Notes under the pieces: model-generated
The model's database searches: none
Told to the model about the DNA's origin: nothing
The model's input: only the letters and a program-made list of their open reading frames with translations
Made by a program: the position numbers and the translations under genes
From: Eledone cirrhosa
Taxonomy: Eukaryota
Reading direction: 5' to 3'
Length of the DNA: 64,000 nucleotides
NCBI GenBank assembly: GCA_964016885.1
Contig: OZ024741.1
Coordinates: 264,616,001 to 264,680,000, forward strand
In this document: in pieces, positions 52,001-64,000 of the stretch
How the letters are laid out: every line of letters starts with the position of its first letter
Position numbering within the stretch: the stretch's first letter is position 1

Positions 52001-53586
52001 GAAGAGATGGTGAGACAATATGGGGGAAGAGATGGTGAGACAATATGGTGGGAGATGGTGAGACAATATGGGGGAAGAGATGGTGAGACAATATGGTGGA
52101 AGATGATGAGACAATATGGTGGAAGAGATGGTGGGACAATATGGTGGGAGATGGTGAGACAATATGGTGGAAGAGATGGTGGGACAATATGGTGGAAGAG
52201 ATGGTGAGACAATATGGTGGAAGATGGTGAGACAATATGGGGGAAGATGGTGAGACAATATGGTGGGAGATGGTGAGACAATATGGTGGAAGAGATGGTG
52301 AGACAATATGGTGGAAGATGGTGAGACAATATGGTGGAAGAGATGGTGGGACAATATGGTGGAAGAGATGGTGAGACAATATGGTGGAAGAGATGGTGAG
52401 ACAATATGGTGGAAGATGGTAAGACAATATGGGGGAAGATGGTGAGACAATATTTAGTGAGATGGTGAGACAATATGGTGGAAGATGGTGAGACAACATG
52501 GTGGAAGATGGTGAGACAATATGGTGGAAGAGATGGTGGGACAATATGGTGGAAGAGATGGTGAGACAATATGGTGGAAGATGGTGAGACAATATGGGGG
52601 AAGATGGTGAGACAATATGGTGGGAGATGGTGAGACAATATGGTGGAAGAGATGGTGAGACAATATGGTGGAAGATGGTGAGACAATATGGTGGAAGAGA
52701 TGGTGGGACAATATGGTGGAAGAGATGGTGAGACAATATGGTGGAAGAGATGGTGAGACAATATGGTGGAAGATGGTAAGACAATATGGGGGAAGATGGT
52801 GAGACAATATTTAGTGAGATGGTGAGACAATATGGTGGAAGATGGTGAGACAACATGGTGGAAGATGGTGAGACAATATGGTGGAAGAGATGGTGAGACA
52901 ATATGGGGGAAGATGGTGAGACAATATGGTGGGAGATGGTGAGACAATATGGGGGAAGAGATGGTGGGACAATATGGTGGAAGAGATGGTGAGACAATAT
53001 GGGGGAAGATGGTGAGACAATATGGTGGAAGAGATGGTGAGACAATATGGGGGAAGATGGTGAGACAATATGGTGGGAGATGGTGAGACAATATGGGGGA
53101 AGAGATGGTGGGACAATATGGTGGAAGACGGTGAGACAATATGGTGGGAGATGGTGAGACAATATAGTGGAAGAGATGGTGGGACAATATGGTGGAAGAC
53201 GGTGAGACAATATGGTGGAAGAGATGGTGAGACAATATGGTGGAAGAGATGGTGAGACAATATGGTGGAAGATGGTGAGACAATATGGTGGAAGAGATGG
53301 TGAGACAATATGGTGGAAGAGATGGTGAGACAATATGGTGGGAGATGGTGAGACAATATGGTGGAAGAGATGGTGAGACAATATGGTGGGAGATGGTGAG
53401 ACAATATGGTGGAAGATGGTGAGACAATATGGTGGAAGATGGTGAGACAATATGGTGGGAGATGGTGAGACAATATGGTGGAAGATGGTGAGACAATATG
53501 GTGGAAGAGATCGTGAGACAATATGGTGGAAGATGGTGAGACAATATGGGGGAAGATGGTGAGACAATATGGTGGAAGATGGTGGA
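52001..53586. repeat. 23/25-bp minisatellite, about 65 units (GATGGTGAGACAATATGGTGGAA[GA])
   Basis: Direct tandem units; higher-order duplication of 357 bp. Confidence 0.97.
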
Positions 53587-54426
53587 AATGACGAGTCTAG
53601 AATTGAGTCTAATAGAGGGAAAACTTACTTACTATTGGCTGTGTGTGTGTGGAGAGAGAGGGAGATAGAGAGAGAGGGGAGAGAGTGAGATAGTGGGAGA
53701 GAGGGAGAGGGAGAGGGAGATGGATTCATAGATAGATAGAGAGAGGGAGAGAGATAGAGAGAGAAAGAGAGTGAGAGTAATATTTTAGTAATTTGAAGTA
53801 CTGTTAGTTATAATACGTTCATTTGTACCTGTGTATGTACATATACGCGTGTGCTTGTGCCTATGTGTGTGCGCGTGTGTGTGGCTGGGTGCGCGTGTGT
53901 GTTTGTGCATGTGTATATGTGTGTGCGTATGCGAGTGTGTGTGGGCGTGCGCTTGCGTGTGTGTTTGTGCAAATGTGTATGTCTCTGCGTGTGTGTTTGT
54001 GCGTTTGTGCATGTGTGTGAATGTATGCGTTCATATATACGTGTGTGCATGTGCGCGTGTACCTATGCTTGTATGTGTGTGTCTAGATGTGTGTGTGTGT
54101 ATTCGTTTATGTGTGTTCCAAAACCTTTTAGAAACGGTCCAGGTATAATTGTACTGTATAGAAAACCAGTAGGAAACATTTTAAAAAGCTTTGATAAAAC
54201 CTCATCGAAATGTCGTTGTTATGATGTATCAACCCCCGTGGAGCAGGAATTAAGCTTCTGGCGTGTTTAGTTTGTAATGTCATGTCTTAACTCTGTTGAA
54301 ACTTATTAACGTTCTTGGCTAAGGCGTGAACATCAATAAATCCTCTTTCTTTTCTTTAATAATCTAGAGGACCTCTAATGTGGTTGTGAGGAAAAGAAAT
54401 CAATATTTCTGATTTAGAATGTACAA

Positions 54427-54459
<33 letters not shown>

Positions 54460-54494
54460 TGTATGTATGTATGTATGTATGTATGTATGTATAT

Positions 54495-54615
54495 TAACCC
54501 AGTTTCCTGAGATGCCTTCTCCTAGAAGAATGCCCTGACAAGGGCTAGGGGTTCTTCACTCCCAGTGGTTTAACTGCGGGATCGAGCATCCAGCCCGATT
54601 ATTTCTGTCCCCGCG
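54495..54615 (-). mobile_element. Fragment of the RTE 5'UTR-like element
   Basis: Reverse complement is similar to 62755-62848. Confidence 0.6.
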
Positions 54616-54763
54616 CAAAAAAAAAAAAAAAAAAAAAAAATCACTTATTGACACTTATACATACGACATACACACACGCGCATACATATGCACGCACACA
54701 CACGCATACATACGCGCGCACACAGCAACACTCTTACATACAAACAAACACACACACGCTACT

Positions 54764-54796
<33 letters not shown>

Positions 54797-54899
54797 TACC
54801 GTCATTACTGATACAAGATTACAAGATTATGTCAACTGTTGACTTTCAAGAGTTTGTATAGTTGAAGCCGATCGTATTACAGTCCAGTATTATTATAAT

Positions 54900-55047
54900 T
54901 GCTTTACAGCATAGAGATATGGCTCTCCACGCTCTGAGCTCAAATCCCGCCGAGGTCAACCTTGCCTTTCATCCCCACGGAGTCAACAAAAGAGAGTACC
55001 AGTGATGCGCTGGACCAGTCGCTGGATCCGTGCCAAAAGCAGAAAAA
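54900..55047 (+). mobile_element. Diverged MetaSINE-like SINE
   Basis: Consensus match. Confidence 0.75.
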
Positions 55048-55407
55048 TTATTATTAAAGTTGTTTTCTTCAGGCCCGGTCGCTGGTGATGGTGATGGCGG
55101 TGGCAGTAGTGGTGGTGGTGGCAGTTGATGTTGTTGTTGTGTTCTGTGCGTGTGTGTGTGTTGTTATTTTGAGTTTTTTTTGTTTGTTTGTGGGTTTTTT
55201 TTTTTTTTAATCTTTTGATGCTGCTGTTGTTGTTGTTGTAAATGTTCATTTCAGTTCATTCTGAAGCTGTTGTTGCTGTAAACATTAGTGCCGGTGTTGT
55301 TGTTGTAGATGTTGGGGTTGAAATCTGGTCGTTTGACTGAGTGATGTATATACACACATATACATACATATATATATGTATGTATATGTGTGTATATACA
55401 TACATAT

Positions 55408-56615
55408 ATAAGCTCCTGTTCAAATTCTTGTGGAGGGGACAAGTTCCGTTGGTGAGGCGGTCCATCTGCTGCCAGCACCCTCTACGAGGAGGGCTGGGCA
55501 TGCCGTGGCTAATGATGCGCAGACATGCGTTGAGGCTGCGACATCTCCAGATATTCTGCCTCAACGGTGAACAGATGTGGTCGCCGTTTACCAGACGGGC
55601 CTTTCTGCAGCTCATTTCTTTGACTGAGCTGCAGTCCTGGGTCAAGAAGAGACCGAGACTGGGCGACTGGCATCTGGAATGTTGCCAGGCACTCACTGCC
55701 CTCTACCAGGCGGGCAATGCGGTCAGTGGAACTTCCACTCTCGAGTTCTATAGAGGATTAGTGGTGGGAAAGTGCGATGACGCACTCGGAGAAGCTTTGG
55801 GCCTCGACGAAGTAGAACTGACCAGTCTGTACCGGAGGACTTTTGAGCCGGGGACGATGGACAATTTCCAGAAATCCCTCGCTTGGCAGTGCTACCGGGG
55901 GGCACTTCCGGTTCGGGATAAACTCTACAGGCACGGAAGTGCTGTCAGACGGACCTGCCCAAGATGCGCACAGAACGACGAAACCGTTCTGCACGCACTT
56001 GTGCAATGTCCGTGCATTACTGACTTGTGGAGTTATGTCGAACAGCTACTGTCGCGTGTGGAACGAATCCGGCTATCGGCCGAGTCCATAGTGAAGATCG
56101 ATCCACCGCCTTCCTTGTCTGGTGGCAGTTGCGAAAGAGATTATATGGTGGACCAGGTTGAAAGGACTAAAGACAGACACTTTTCTCTTCGGCCAATCCC
56201 TCATCAACTTCTTCAAGTTTCACCTGGAAAGGAAGTGGGGTGGAGAGAGAAGTGCTGCCCCCAGTACATTTGCTAAAAGGTGGGTGAATGTGGCGAGAAT
56301 GGCTCGTGTGAATGGGCCTACTCTGACCATGCGCCTATAGGCTAGCTAACTTGAGGAGAGGGGTGCTCTCCCTGGGTGCCCTAAAAGCGCAGGGTGTTCA
56401 GGATTGGTGGGGTACCTGAAGCACCCCAGGGTCGTACACCCCCTGTCGGGGAATTTATTTTGTTATATTTATGCATAGTTTATTTTATATTTTTATATTT
56501 TCATTGTTAAATTAGTCTTGCCATTGTGCACTTTTACTCCACCTTATTGTAAACCCCACTGTCCCTGTCTTTGTATTGTCCCCTACATGTCGGCCCTGGT
56601 GGCTAATAAATGAAA
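55408..56615 (+). mobile_element. Tx1/L1-like LINE, 5'-truncated (zf-RVT region plus 3'UTR), frameshifted near 56120
   Basis: LFKFLWRG..GGLGMP..LAWQCYRGALPVRDKL..CPRC..ETVLHALVQC..LW; (ATT)n tail. Confidence 0.9.
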
Positions 56616-56685
56616 TTATTATTATTATTATTATTATTGTTACTATTATTATTACTTTTTTTTTTTTTTTTTTTTTTCCAATTCA

Positions 56686-59600
56686 ATGATGTTCCAGAAC
56701 AATATAAAAGAGATAATTGGCAATTTAGGTTCTGGAACAAAAAAGATAATTGGCAATAAGGGCAGGGGCCCCAGGTTATCACAGCCTGGGTCCGCTCGTC
56801 ATCGTGCCATTGTAATAGAGCCAAACAAGGCATTTAGTCTTGGCTGCTGGAACGTACGGACGCTGCTTGACAGGGATTCCTTGGAGCGTCCTGAACGAAG
56901 GACCGCTCTTGTTGCAAAGGAGCTTCGACGTTACGATCTTGACATCGTGGCTTTATCTGAGACGAGGTTAGCTGGAGATGGTCATCTTACAGAATTTTGT
57001 GGAGAATATACATTCTTCTGGAAAGGAAGAGATGAAGGAACCAGAAGAGAGGCTGGGTAGCATTTGCTTTTAAGACTGTTCTTGTGAATAAATTAGAAGA
57101 ATTCCCAGTAGGGATTAGTGAGCGTCTTATATCCATGAGAGTTCCGCTGGACAAAGGAAGATATGCGACCCTGGTGAGTGTGTATGCTCCAACTATGAAT
57201 TCTGTCGATGAAGAAAAAGTGTCCTTTTACCATGCCTTGAAAGGTGTTTTAAGAAATATCCCTCAGGCAGACAAAGTCATCGTGCTTGGTGACTTTAATG
57301 CTAGAGTGGGTAGGGATTTTAACACATGGAATGTAATCGGAAGGCATGGGGTGGGAAAGTGTAACAACAATGGTATGCTCCTGCTGCAGATGTGTGAGGA
57401 GCTGGATCTGTGTGTTACCAACACCATGTTCCAACAAAAGAACAAATTCAAGACCACATGGATGCATCCTGCATCTAAGGAATGGCATCTTTTCGACTAC
57501 GTCCTAGTCAGGATGCGTGACAGACAGGATGTGCAGTGTGTTCGTGCACTTCGTGGAGCTGAGTGCTGGACGGACCACCGCCTGGTACGCGCAAAAGTGA
57601 AACTAATCACTAAACGTAAAATCCGGGCTGCTGGTGTTGCCCTGCCCAAAAGATTGAATGCTGCTCGTCTTAAGGATAAAAATGTGAAGAGGACATTGGA
57701 AGAAGAGGTGCAGGCTGCAGATCTTGGTGAGGATTGGCCGACCCTTAAAAAGTCGGTTTATGATGTAGGCAGGCGTGTTCTGGGATTGGTGCAGAGAAAA
57801 CATCAGGACTGGTTTAATGAGAATGATGTACATATAGAAGACTTGTTGGCTGATAAGAGGCGTGCTCTGTCACGCTACTTGACGGCAAAACCACAGGAGA
57901 GGAATACGTTGCATGAGGAACTCAAGGATGTAAAATCTCGTGTTAGGCGGAGTCTTTCTCAGATGAAGGATCAGTCGTGGAGTGAGAAGGCTGGTGAGAT
58001 ACAAACTGCGTCAGATTCCAATAACACAAAGCTGTTGTACAGTCTCTTGCGTGAGGTTTATGGACCGTCTTCTTCTCTGGTGACACCGCTTCGCAGCAAG
58101 GATGGCAAAGAAATTCTTCGTGACTCACAAGGAATTCTACGAAGGTGGCGAGAGCACTTTGATGATCTTTTGAATCAGCCGTCTGTCGTCAGTGAAGATT
58201 TCCTCAATCTCATTCCAGAAAGTCCTGTGAAAGTAGCTCTCGCAGAACCTCCGACGCTTGGGGAGGTTGCAGTGGCTATTTCGAAGCTGAACAGTGGAAG
58301 ATCTCCAGGTATGGATGGCATACATGCTGAGCTCCTACAATATGGTGGTGAGAGACTCCTGCAACATCTTCACTCTTTGTTTGGAAGGATATGGGCTAAT
58401 GAATCCGTACCTGAGGACTGGAGAAATGCAGTAATGGTGGTCTTGTACAAGGGAAAGGGTAACAGGAATGATTGTGGGAACTACAGAGGTATATCATTGC
58501 TTTCTGTCGTAGGGAAAGTTTTATGTAGGGTGCTTCTGGACCGTCTGCTGACACACATTGCAGATTGTGTTCTTCCTGAAAGTCAATCTGGTTTTCGTGC
58601 TGGACGCGGCACTACTGATATGATCTTCTCAGCCAGACAGCTCCAGGAGAAGTGCATGGAACAAGGCTTGGATCTGTATCAGGTTTTTGTCGATCTGACA
58701 AAAGCTTTCGATACTGTTAACAGAGATGCATTATGGAAGATTCTCCAGAAACTTGGTTGCCCTGATAAGTTCCTTGCTTTAGTTAGGTCTGTCCATGACG
58801 ACATGAAGGCTTGGGTTAATGTCGGAGGTAACATGTCGGAGCCTATCTCAGTAAAAAATGGAGTAAACAGGGGGATATTCCAGCACCGACCCTGTTTGCC
58901 ATATACTTTGCAATGGTTTTCTGTATTGCATTCAGGAATTGCGAGCATGGTGTTTACATCCGATATCGAACCTCAGGCAGCATATTTAACATCAGGCGCT
59001 TTGCTGCAAAGACAAAAGTATTTACATCAATCATAAGAGACCTCTTGTATGCAGATGATTGCGATCTTGTAGCGCACACAGAGTGATATGCAGCACATTT
59101 TGAATGCATTTTCTGATGCTTGCACTGCCCTAGGATTGACTGTCAGTCTCAGGAAAACCGTCGTCATGTACCAACCTGCCCCTGGTAAGCAGTACACTGA
59201 ACCAAACATCTATGTGCATGGCAAACGACTTGGAGTGGTTGATCAGTTTGTCTACCTGGGAAGCACTGTCAATCGATACAGCAACCTTGACAGTGAAATC
59301 TCACTTAGGATTAGGAAAGCAAGTGATGCTTTCGGAAAGCTAGAAAGGCGACTCTGGGGTAGCCGAGACATATGCAGGAGGACAAAGGTAAAAGTGTACA
59401 GGGCATGTGTGCTCTCTTGTCTTCTTTATGCCTGCGAGACCTGGGTCACATATCGACACCACCTTAAGCAATTGGAGCGTTTCCATCAGATGTGTCTCAG
59501 ACGGATCCATGGCGTTCATTGGAGGGACCACATCAGTGATGTCGAGATTTTGGAAAGCTCTATGTGTGACAGTATAGAAGCTCTTGTGCTTAAGCAACGA

Positions 59601-60227
59601 CTCTGTTGGAGTGGTCACCTTGCCAGGATGAAGGATTCTAGAATACCAAAACAACTCTTTTATGGAGAGTTGGTTAAAGGAAAACGACCGCCACATAAAC
59701 CAAAAAAGAGGTATAAGGATTCCTTGAAAGCCTCTCTGAAAGACGCTAACATCTCTGCTGATACATGGGAAAATATTGCTGCTGATCGTAATAAATGGAG
59801 AAAGACTGTATATGAGGGAAAAGTTGCCTTTGAGGCATCTCGAATCGCATACGAGAAAGTAAAGCGGGATGTGAGGAAGGGCATTGCTGTTGCACTTCCA
59901 GACGGAGAGGGTCCTCCTATGGTGCTGACATGCAGCGTCTGTGCGAGACTCTGCCTAAGCAAAGCTGGACTCGAAAGTCATCTTCGCAGTCATAAAGTAA
60001 GACCAGTGGTTGACTACCAGGCTGCTGTTGGAGATGCTACTCATCATGCTTGCCAAACATGTGGTAGAGAATGTAAATCAGCAGGAGGACTCAAGCGACA
60101 TACAAAAGTACACGAACTCCAACCACAGCCGACTATTCCCATTGAATGTTTTGGTTGCCGACTCTGTGCAAGACATTTTAGATCATTGGCTGGGCTAAAA
60201 AGCCACATTCGATCGCAGCGCTGTTAG
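56686..60227 (+). pseudogene. RTE (BovB-like) LINE ORF: APE endonuclease, RT and three C-terminal zinc fingers; three apparent frameshifts (about 57057, 58866, 59085); element tail ends at 60510
   Basis: GCWNVRTL, ALSETR, VYAPT, LGDFNARVG, TDHRLV, NYRGISLLS, QSGFR, FVDLTKAFD, YADD (59048-59059), YLGS; CSVC..H..H, CQTC..H..H, CRLC..H..C. Confidence 0.93.
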
Positions 60228-60422
60228 TTGCTATCGTATGTGTGTGTGTGTGTAGATGTGTTTATGTGTGTGCGTGTATGTGTATATGTATATGTATATT
60301 ATTATTGTTGTTGTCGTTATTATTATTATTATTGTTATTATTATTATTATTATTGTTATTAATGTATGTGTGTGTGTATATATATGTGTGTGTATATATG
60401 TATGTGTATGTGTGTATGTATA

Positions 60423-60461
<39 letters not shown>

Positions 60462-60540
60462 TTTCTCCTCGTGCAATGGCCATACTCGATAACGAGGGGG
60501 CAGCCATCATGTATGTATGTATGTATGTATGTGTATGTAT

Positions 60541-61197
60541 GTTCTTCAGGCTTTATAATTTCACAAAGTTTTACCAATAGAGAGAGAGTCGGTTTCTAAC
60601 ATAGACACAAGACTCTCTCATTGGAATTTACACAACATCAACTAGGTAGATATGTATGTATGTCTGCATGCATGCATGTGTGTTTTGAGTTGTATGTGTG
60701 CATGTGTATATGCTTTGTATCTGTACATGTGTATATGCAGTTATTAGAGGCAACATTTTTGGAATGTTTTACATATTTTTACTGTTCCATTAATGGATTG
60801 TACTTGTAATTTCCTAACTAGTTGTATTCTTTCTATTCCTGTGAAGCCTAGCTTCTCAAGATTTGTATTGAGGCAGTTACTAACATATCCCAGTGCCCCA
60901 ATAATCACAGGCATAAATCTGAAGGTGTAATCAGGGTGGAGTATCTGCAGATTTCTCATCAGTTCTGCATAAATATTCTCCTTTTCACTAATCTTTGATA
61001 TTATATTGGCATCTGCTGGGCAGCTAATTTCCACTACTGTGCATGTTTTCTTCTCCCTGTCCCATATCATAATATCTGGTCTGTTATGCCTGCATTTTAT
61101 TGGGGTTTTTACTGGAACATTCCACCAGTACTCTTTCATATTATGTACATGGATGTCTTCCACATTGTTGTAGCTTTTAATGTGTTTGTTATCGGGG
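60541..61197 (-). mobile_element. R4/Dong-type 3' fragment (RLE plus 3'UTR) inserted in the (GTAT)n tail of the RTE element
   Basis: EYWWN..HNRPDIMIWD..VVEISCP..KENIY..PVIIGALG..KICKTF. Confidence 0.88.
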
Positions 61198-61198
61198 C

Positions 61199-61229
<31 letters not shown>

Positions 61230-61389
61230 GTATGTATGAGTATGTGTGTGTATGTGCGTGTATGTATGTGTGTATGTGTGTGTGTATATATGTATGTGTG
61301 TGTGTATGTATGTGTGTATGTATGTATGTGTGTATGTATGTATGTGCGTGTGTGTGTATGTATGTACGTACGTACGTATGTATGTATGT

Positions 61390-61600
61390 ATTCTCCTTTT
61401 CGAGTAGAGTTTTCGATGCTCAGAGAGTAGAATTGGTCGAGTGCAAGGCCTTTCCCCATTTAAAAAACCTTCAAAGCACAGGCATTGCTTGTTCAGGATA
61501 TGTTACAGGTTCGTGTGACTGGCCGTAGCCTAAAACTGCACCATTTTCTGTTATCTGACAAGCGATTGCAATACTCTTAGCAGAGTTTGCAGCCATCATG
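61390..61600 (+). mobile_element. Diverged non-autonomous RTE-derived element, 3' portion
   Basis: AGAGTAGAATTGG..GTGCAAGGCCTTTC..CTTCAAAGCACAGGCATTG and tail GCAGCCATCAT(GTAT). Confidence 0.55.
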
Positions 61601-61611
61601 TATATATGTAT

Positions 61612-61853
61612 GTTCTTCTGGTTTTATAATTTCACAAAGTTTTACCAATAGAGATAGAGAGTCGGTTTCTAACATAGACACAAGACTCTCTCATTGGAAT
61701 TTACACAACATCAACTAGGTAGATTATGTATGCATGTCTGCATGCATGTGTAGATATGGATGTTATTGTATGTGTGGATGTGGATGTTTTGAGTTGTGTG
61801 TGTGCATGTGTATATGCTTGGTATCTGTACATGTGTATATGCAGTTATTAGAT
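61612..61853 (-). mobile_element. 3'UTR-only copy of the R4-type family at 60541
   Basis: Closely similar to 60541-60750. Confidence 0.8.
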
Positions 61854-61983
61854 GCAGTATGTATGTATGTATGTATGTATGTATGTATGTATGTATGTAT
61901 GTATGTATGTATGTATGTATGTATGTGTATGTATGTACGCATGTATGTTTGTAAGTATGTATGTTTGTAAGTATGTATGTATG

Positions 61984-63077
61984 TCGCAGGTTTTATATCA
62001 AAGTAACCTTCTCCTAGATAGATACTTTAATAAAGACTAGGAGTCTCTCGCTCCACAAAAAAATAAAACCTGTGGCTTCGTTTGCATCCAATGATGTAGA
62101 CCAGTACTTTTGGGGTTCAATGTTCAGAGAATGGGATTGGCTCCGTGCAAAGCCTATCCTCATTTACAAAAGCTTCAAGCACAGACATCACTTGATATGT
62201 GACATATTTTGCGATACACGGCATTGCTGGCCATAGGCACGTCCCTAGCAGGACTAAAAAGCCACATCCGTGATGCTCATACTTAAGTATCAAGCGATGG
62301 CATTACTCGAAATCGAATTACAACAATCTTGTATGTATGCATGTTTTTATGTATGTATGTATGTATGTTCATGTATATACATGTATGTATATACATGTAT
62401 GTATGTATGTTACATGTATGTATGTATCTATGTATGTATCTATGTATGTATGTCGGGTCACTCTTGAGTGCTACTGGTAACATGTAATCCAGTACAACCT
62501 GTCGCATTGTCGGGTCATCGGCGACTAAACCGGCAACCCCCACCAAGTTTACTTGGTAAGGAGGGTGATTTTGGATACCCTGCAGGACAAAAAACAAAAC
62601 CTGACAAGGGGCGGAAGAACTCATAAGAGTCAACGGCCATCCAAAAGTATGTAAATATGTATCTACACATGTACATATGTATGTATATGTATATGTGTAT
62701 ATACATGGGTGCATGTGTATGTATATGCGCGGGGACATAGAAATAGTCGGGCTGGACACCCGATCGCGCGGTTAAACCATTGGGAGTGAAGGACCCTTAG
62801 CCTTTGTCAGGGCATTCTTCTAGAAGGCAACTCAGGAAACTGGGATAACTCCGATATAAAACCTGCGGCTCAGTAGTTACCGATGATGTTGATCTTTTCT
62901 TCTTTTCGGGTTATAGCTACTGTCGCTCATAGAGTGGGATTGGCTCAGTGCACAGTCTTTCCTCACTTTAAAAGATAACTTCACGCACAGGCATTGCCCG
63001 ATAGAATTAGTAATTAATTATTAATAATGGTATATCGTGCAATGGCTATACTCGATAACGAGAGGGCAGCCATCATA
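61984..63077 (+). mobile_element. Further diverged RTE-derived non-autonomous copies (61984-62330; 62452-62998; isolated tail 63033-63077)
   Basis: Homology to the reverse complement of 24960-25571; tail TGGCTATACTCGATAACGAGAGGGCAGCCATCAT. Confidence 0.65.
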
Positions 63078-63246
63078 TGTATGTACGTTTGTATGTAGGA
63101 ACCCGTATCTCATGATGGAGTCGTAGAGGGCACCGTCGTAGTGATATATAGTGTTTCGTGGGCATTTTAAACCTGGCACAGCTCATTCCCCTCTCCAGAG
63201 CTGAACGCACTTGATTTCTTCTCGAGGAGTGAGAGCGTGATAGAGG

Positions 63247-63333
<87 letters not shown>

Positions 63334-63801
63334 CCCAGTACTAGACTGGTACATTTATTTATCAACCTCGAAAGAATGAAAGATAAAGTTCTGTAAGTCT
63401 CAACCAAGAATGGATGGATTGCTTTACAAACCCATTTCACACAAACACACACATACGCACATACACACACATACACACACACAGGCACATACACAAGCAG
63501 ATACCGGCATACACGTTAACTTGATATATATAAATATATATATATATATGTATATATGTATATATGTATATATGTATATATGTATATATGTATATATATA
63601 TATGTGTGTGTGTGTGTTTATGTGTGTGTATACATACATATACACATATACATATATATATGTGTGTATGTGTGTGTGTGTATACATACATATATTCACA
63701 TATACATATATATATATGTGTGTGATTGTGTGTGTATACATACATATACACATATACATATATATATATGTGTGTGTGTATACATACATATACACATATA
63801 C

Positions 63802-63879
<78 letters not shown>

Positions 63880-63957
63880 TCATATCGGATTTGTTTATCG
63901 TTAATTCGTGAGCTGATTTTACGATACTCGATTATTCTATTATATATATATATATAT

Positions 63958-64000
63958 AGGAAAAAGTATGACCCCGACGGCAGAGCTCAAGCCGTTTCGA
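63958..64000. mobile_element. Start of another fold-back family hairpin, cut by the window edge
   Basis: TATGACCCCGACGGCAGAGCTCAAGCCGTTTCGA after (TA)n. Confidence 0.8.

Noticed and set aside
52001-53586. CRISPR-like array or 538-aa repetitive protein
   Set aside because: Units are contiguous with no unique spacers and no cas genes; the open frames arise because the unit lacks minus-strand stop codons
59930-60227. Host C2H2 zinc-finger transcription factor gene
   Set aside because: The fingers are in frame with the RTE post-RT region and are followed by the RTE tail

Overview
Animal genomic DNA that is AT-rich and saturated with microsatellites. It is most likely an octopod cephalopod, inferred from recalled MetaSINE/CORE-type SINE motifs and the LINE repertoire. 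No host gene is confidently identified, and most listed ORFs are microsatellite translations. The real content is retroelements: a 5'-truncated R4/Dong-type RT plus RLE ORF (3203-5446), a near-full RTE LINE with APE, RT and three C-terminal zinc fingers (about 56680-60510), Tx1/L1-like, CRE-like and other RTE fragments, about 25 tRNA-derived SINE copies, bipartite non-autonomous RTE derivatives, DNA MITEs and minisatellites. The most notable unexplained signal is a set of about 12 type-I hammerhead ribozyme motifs, several intact and three with a compensatory U3-A8 core. They lie in short non-coding, (TA)n-embedded elements that often fold back into palindromes, which suggests a Penelope/retrozyme-like RNA mobile system. 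Also notable: palindromic tRNA-like Pol III units, two twin-priming-type 5' inversions in an RTE-group LINE, and each retroelement family being associated with its own microsatellite motif. All calls were made by eye, and repeat boundaries are approximate.
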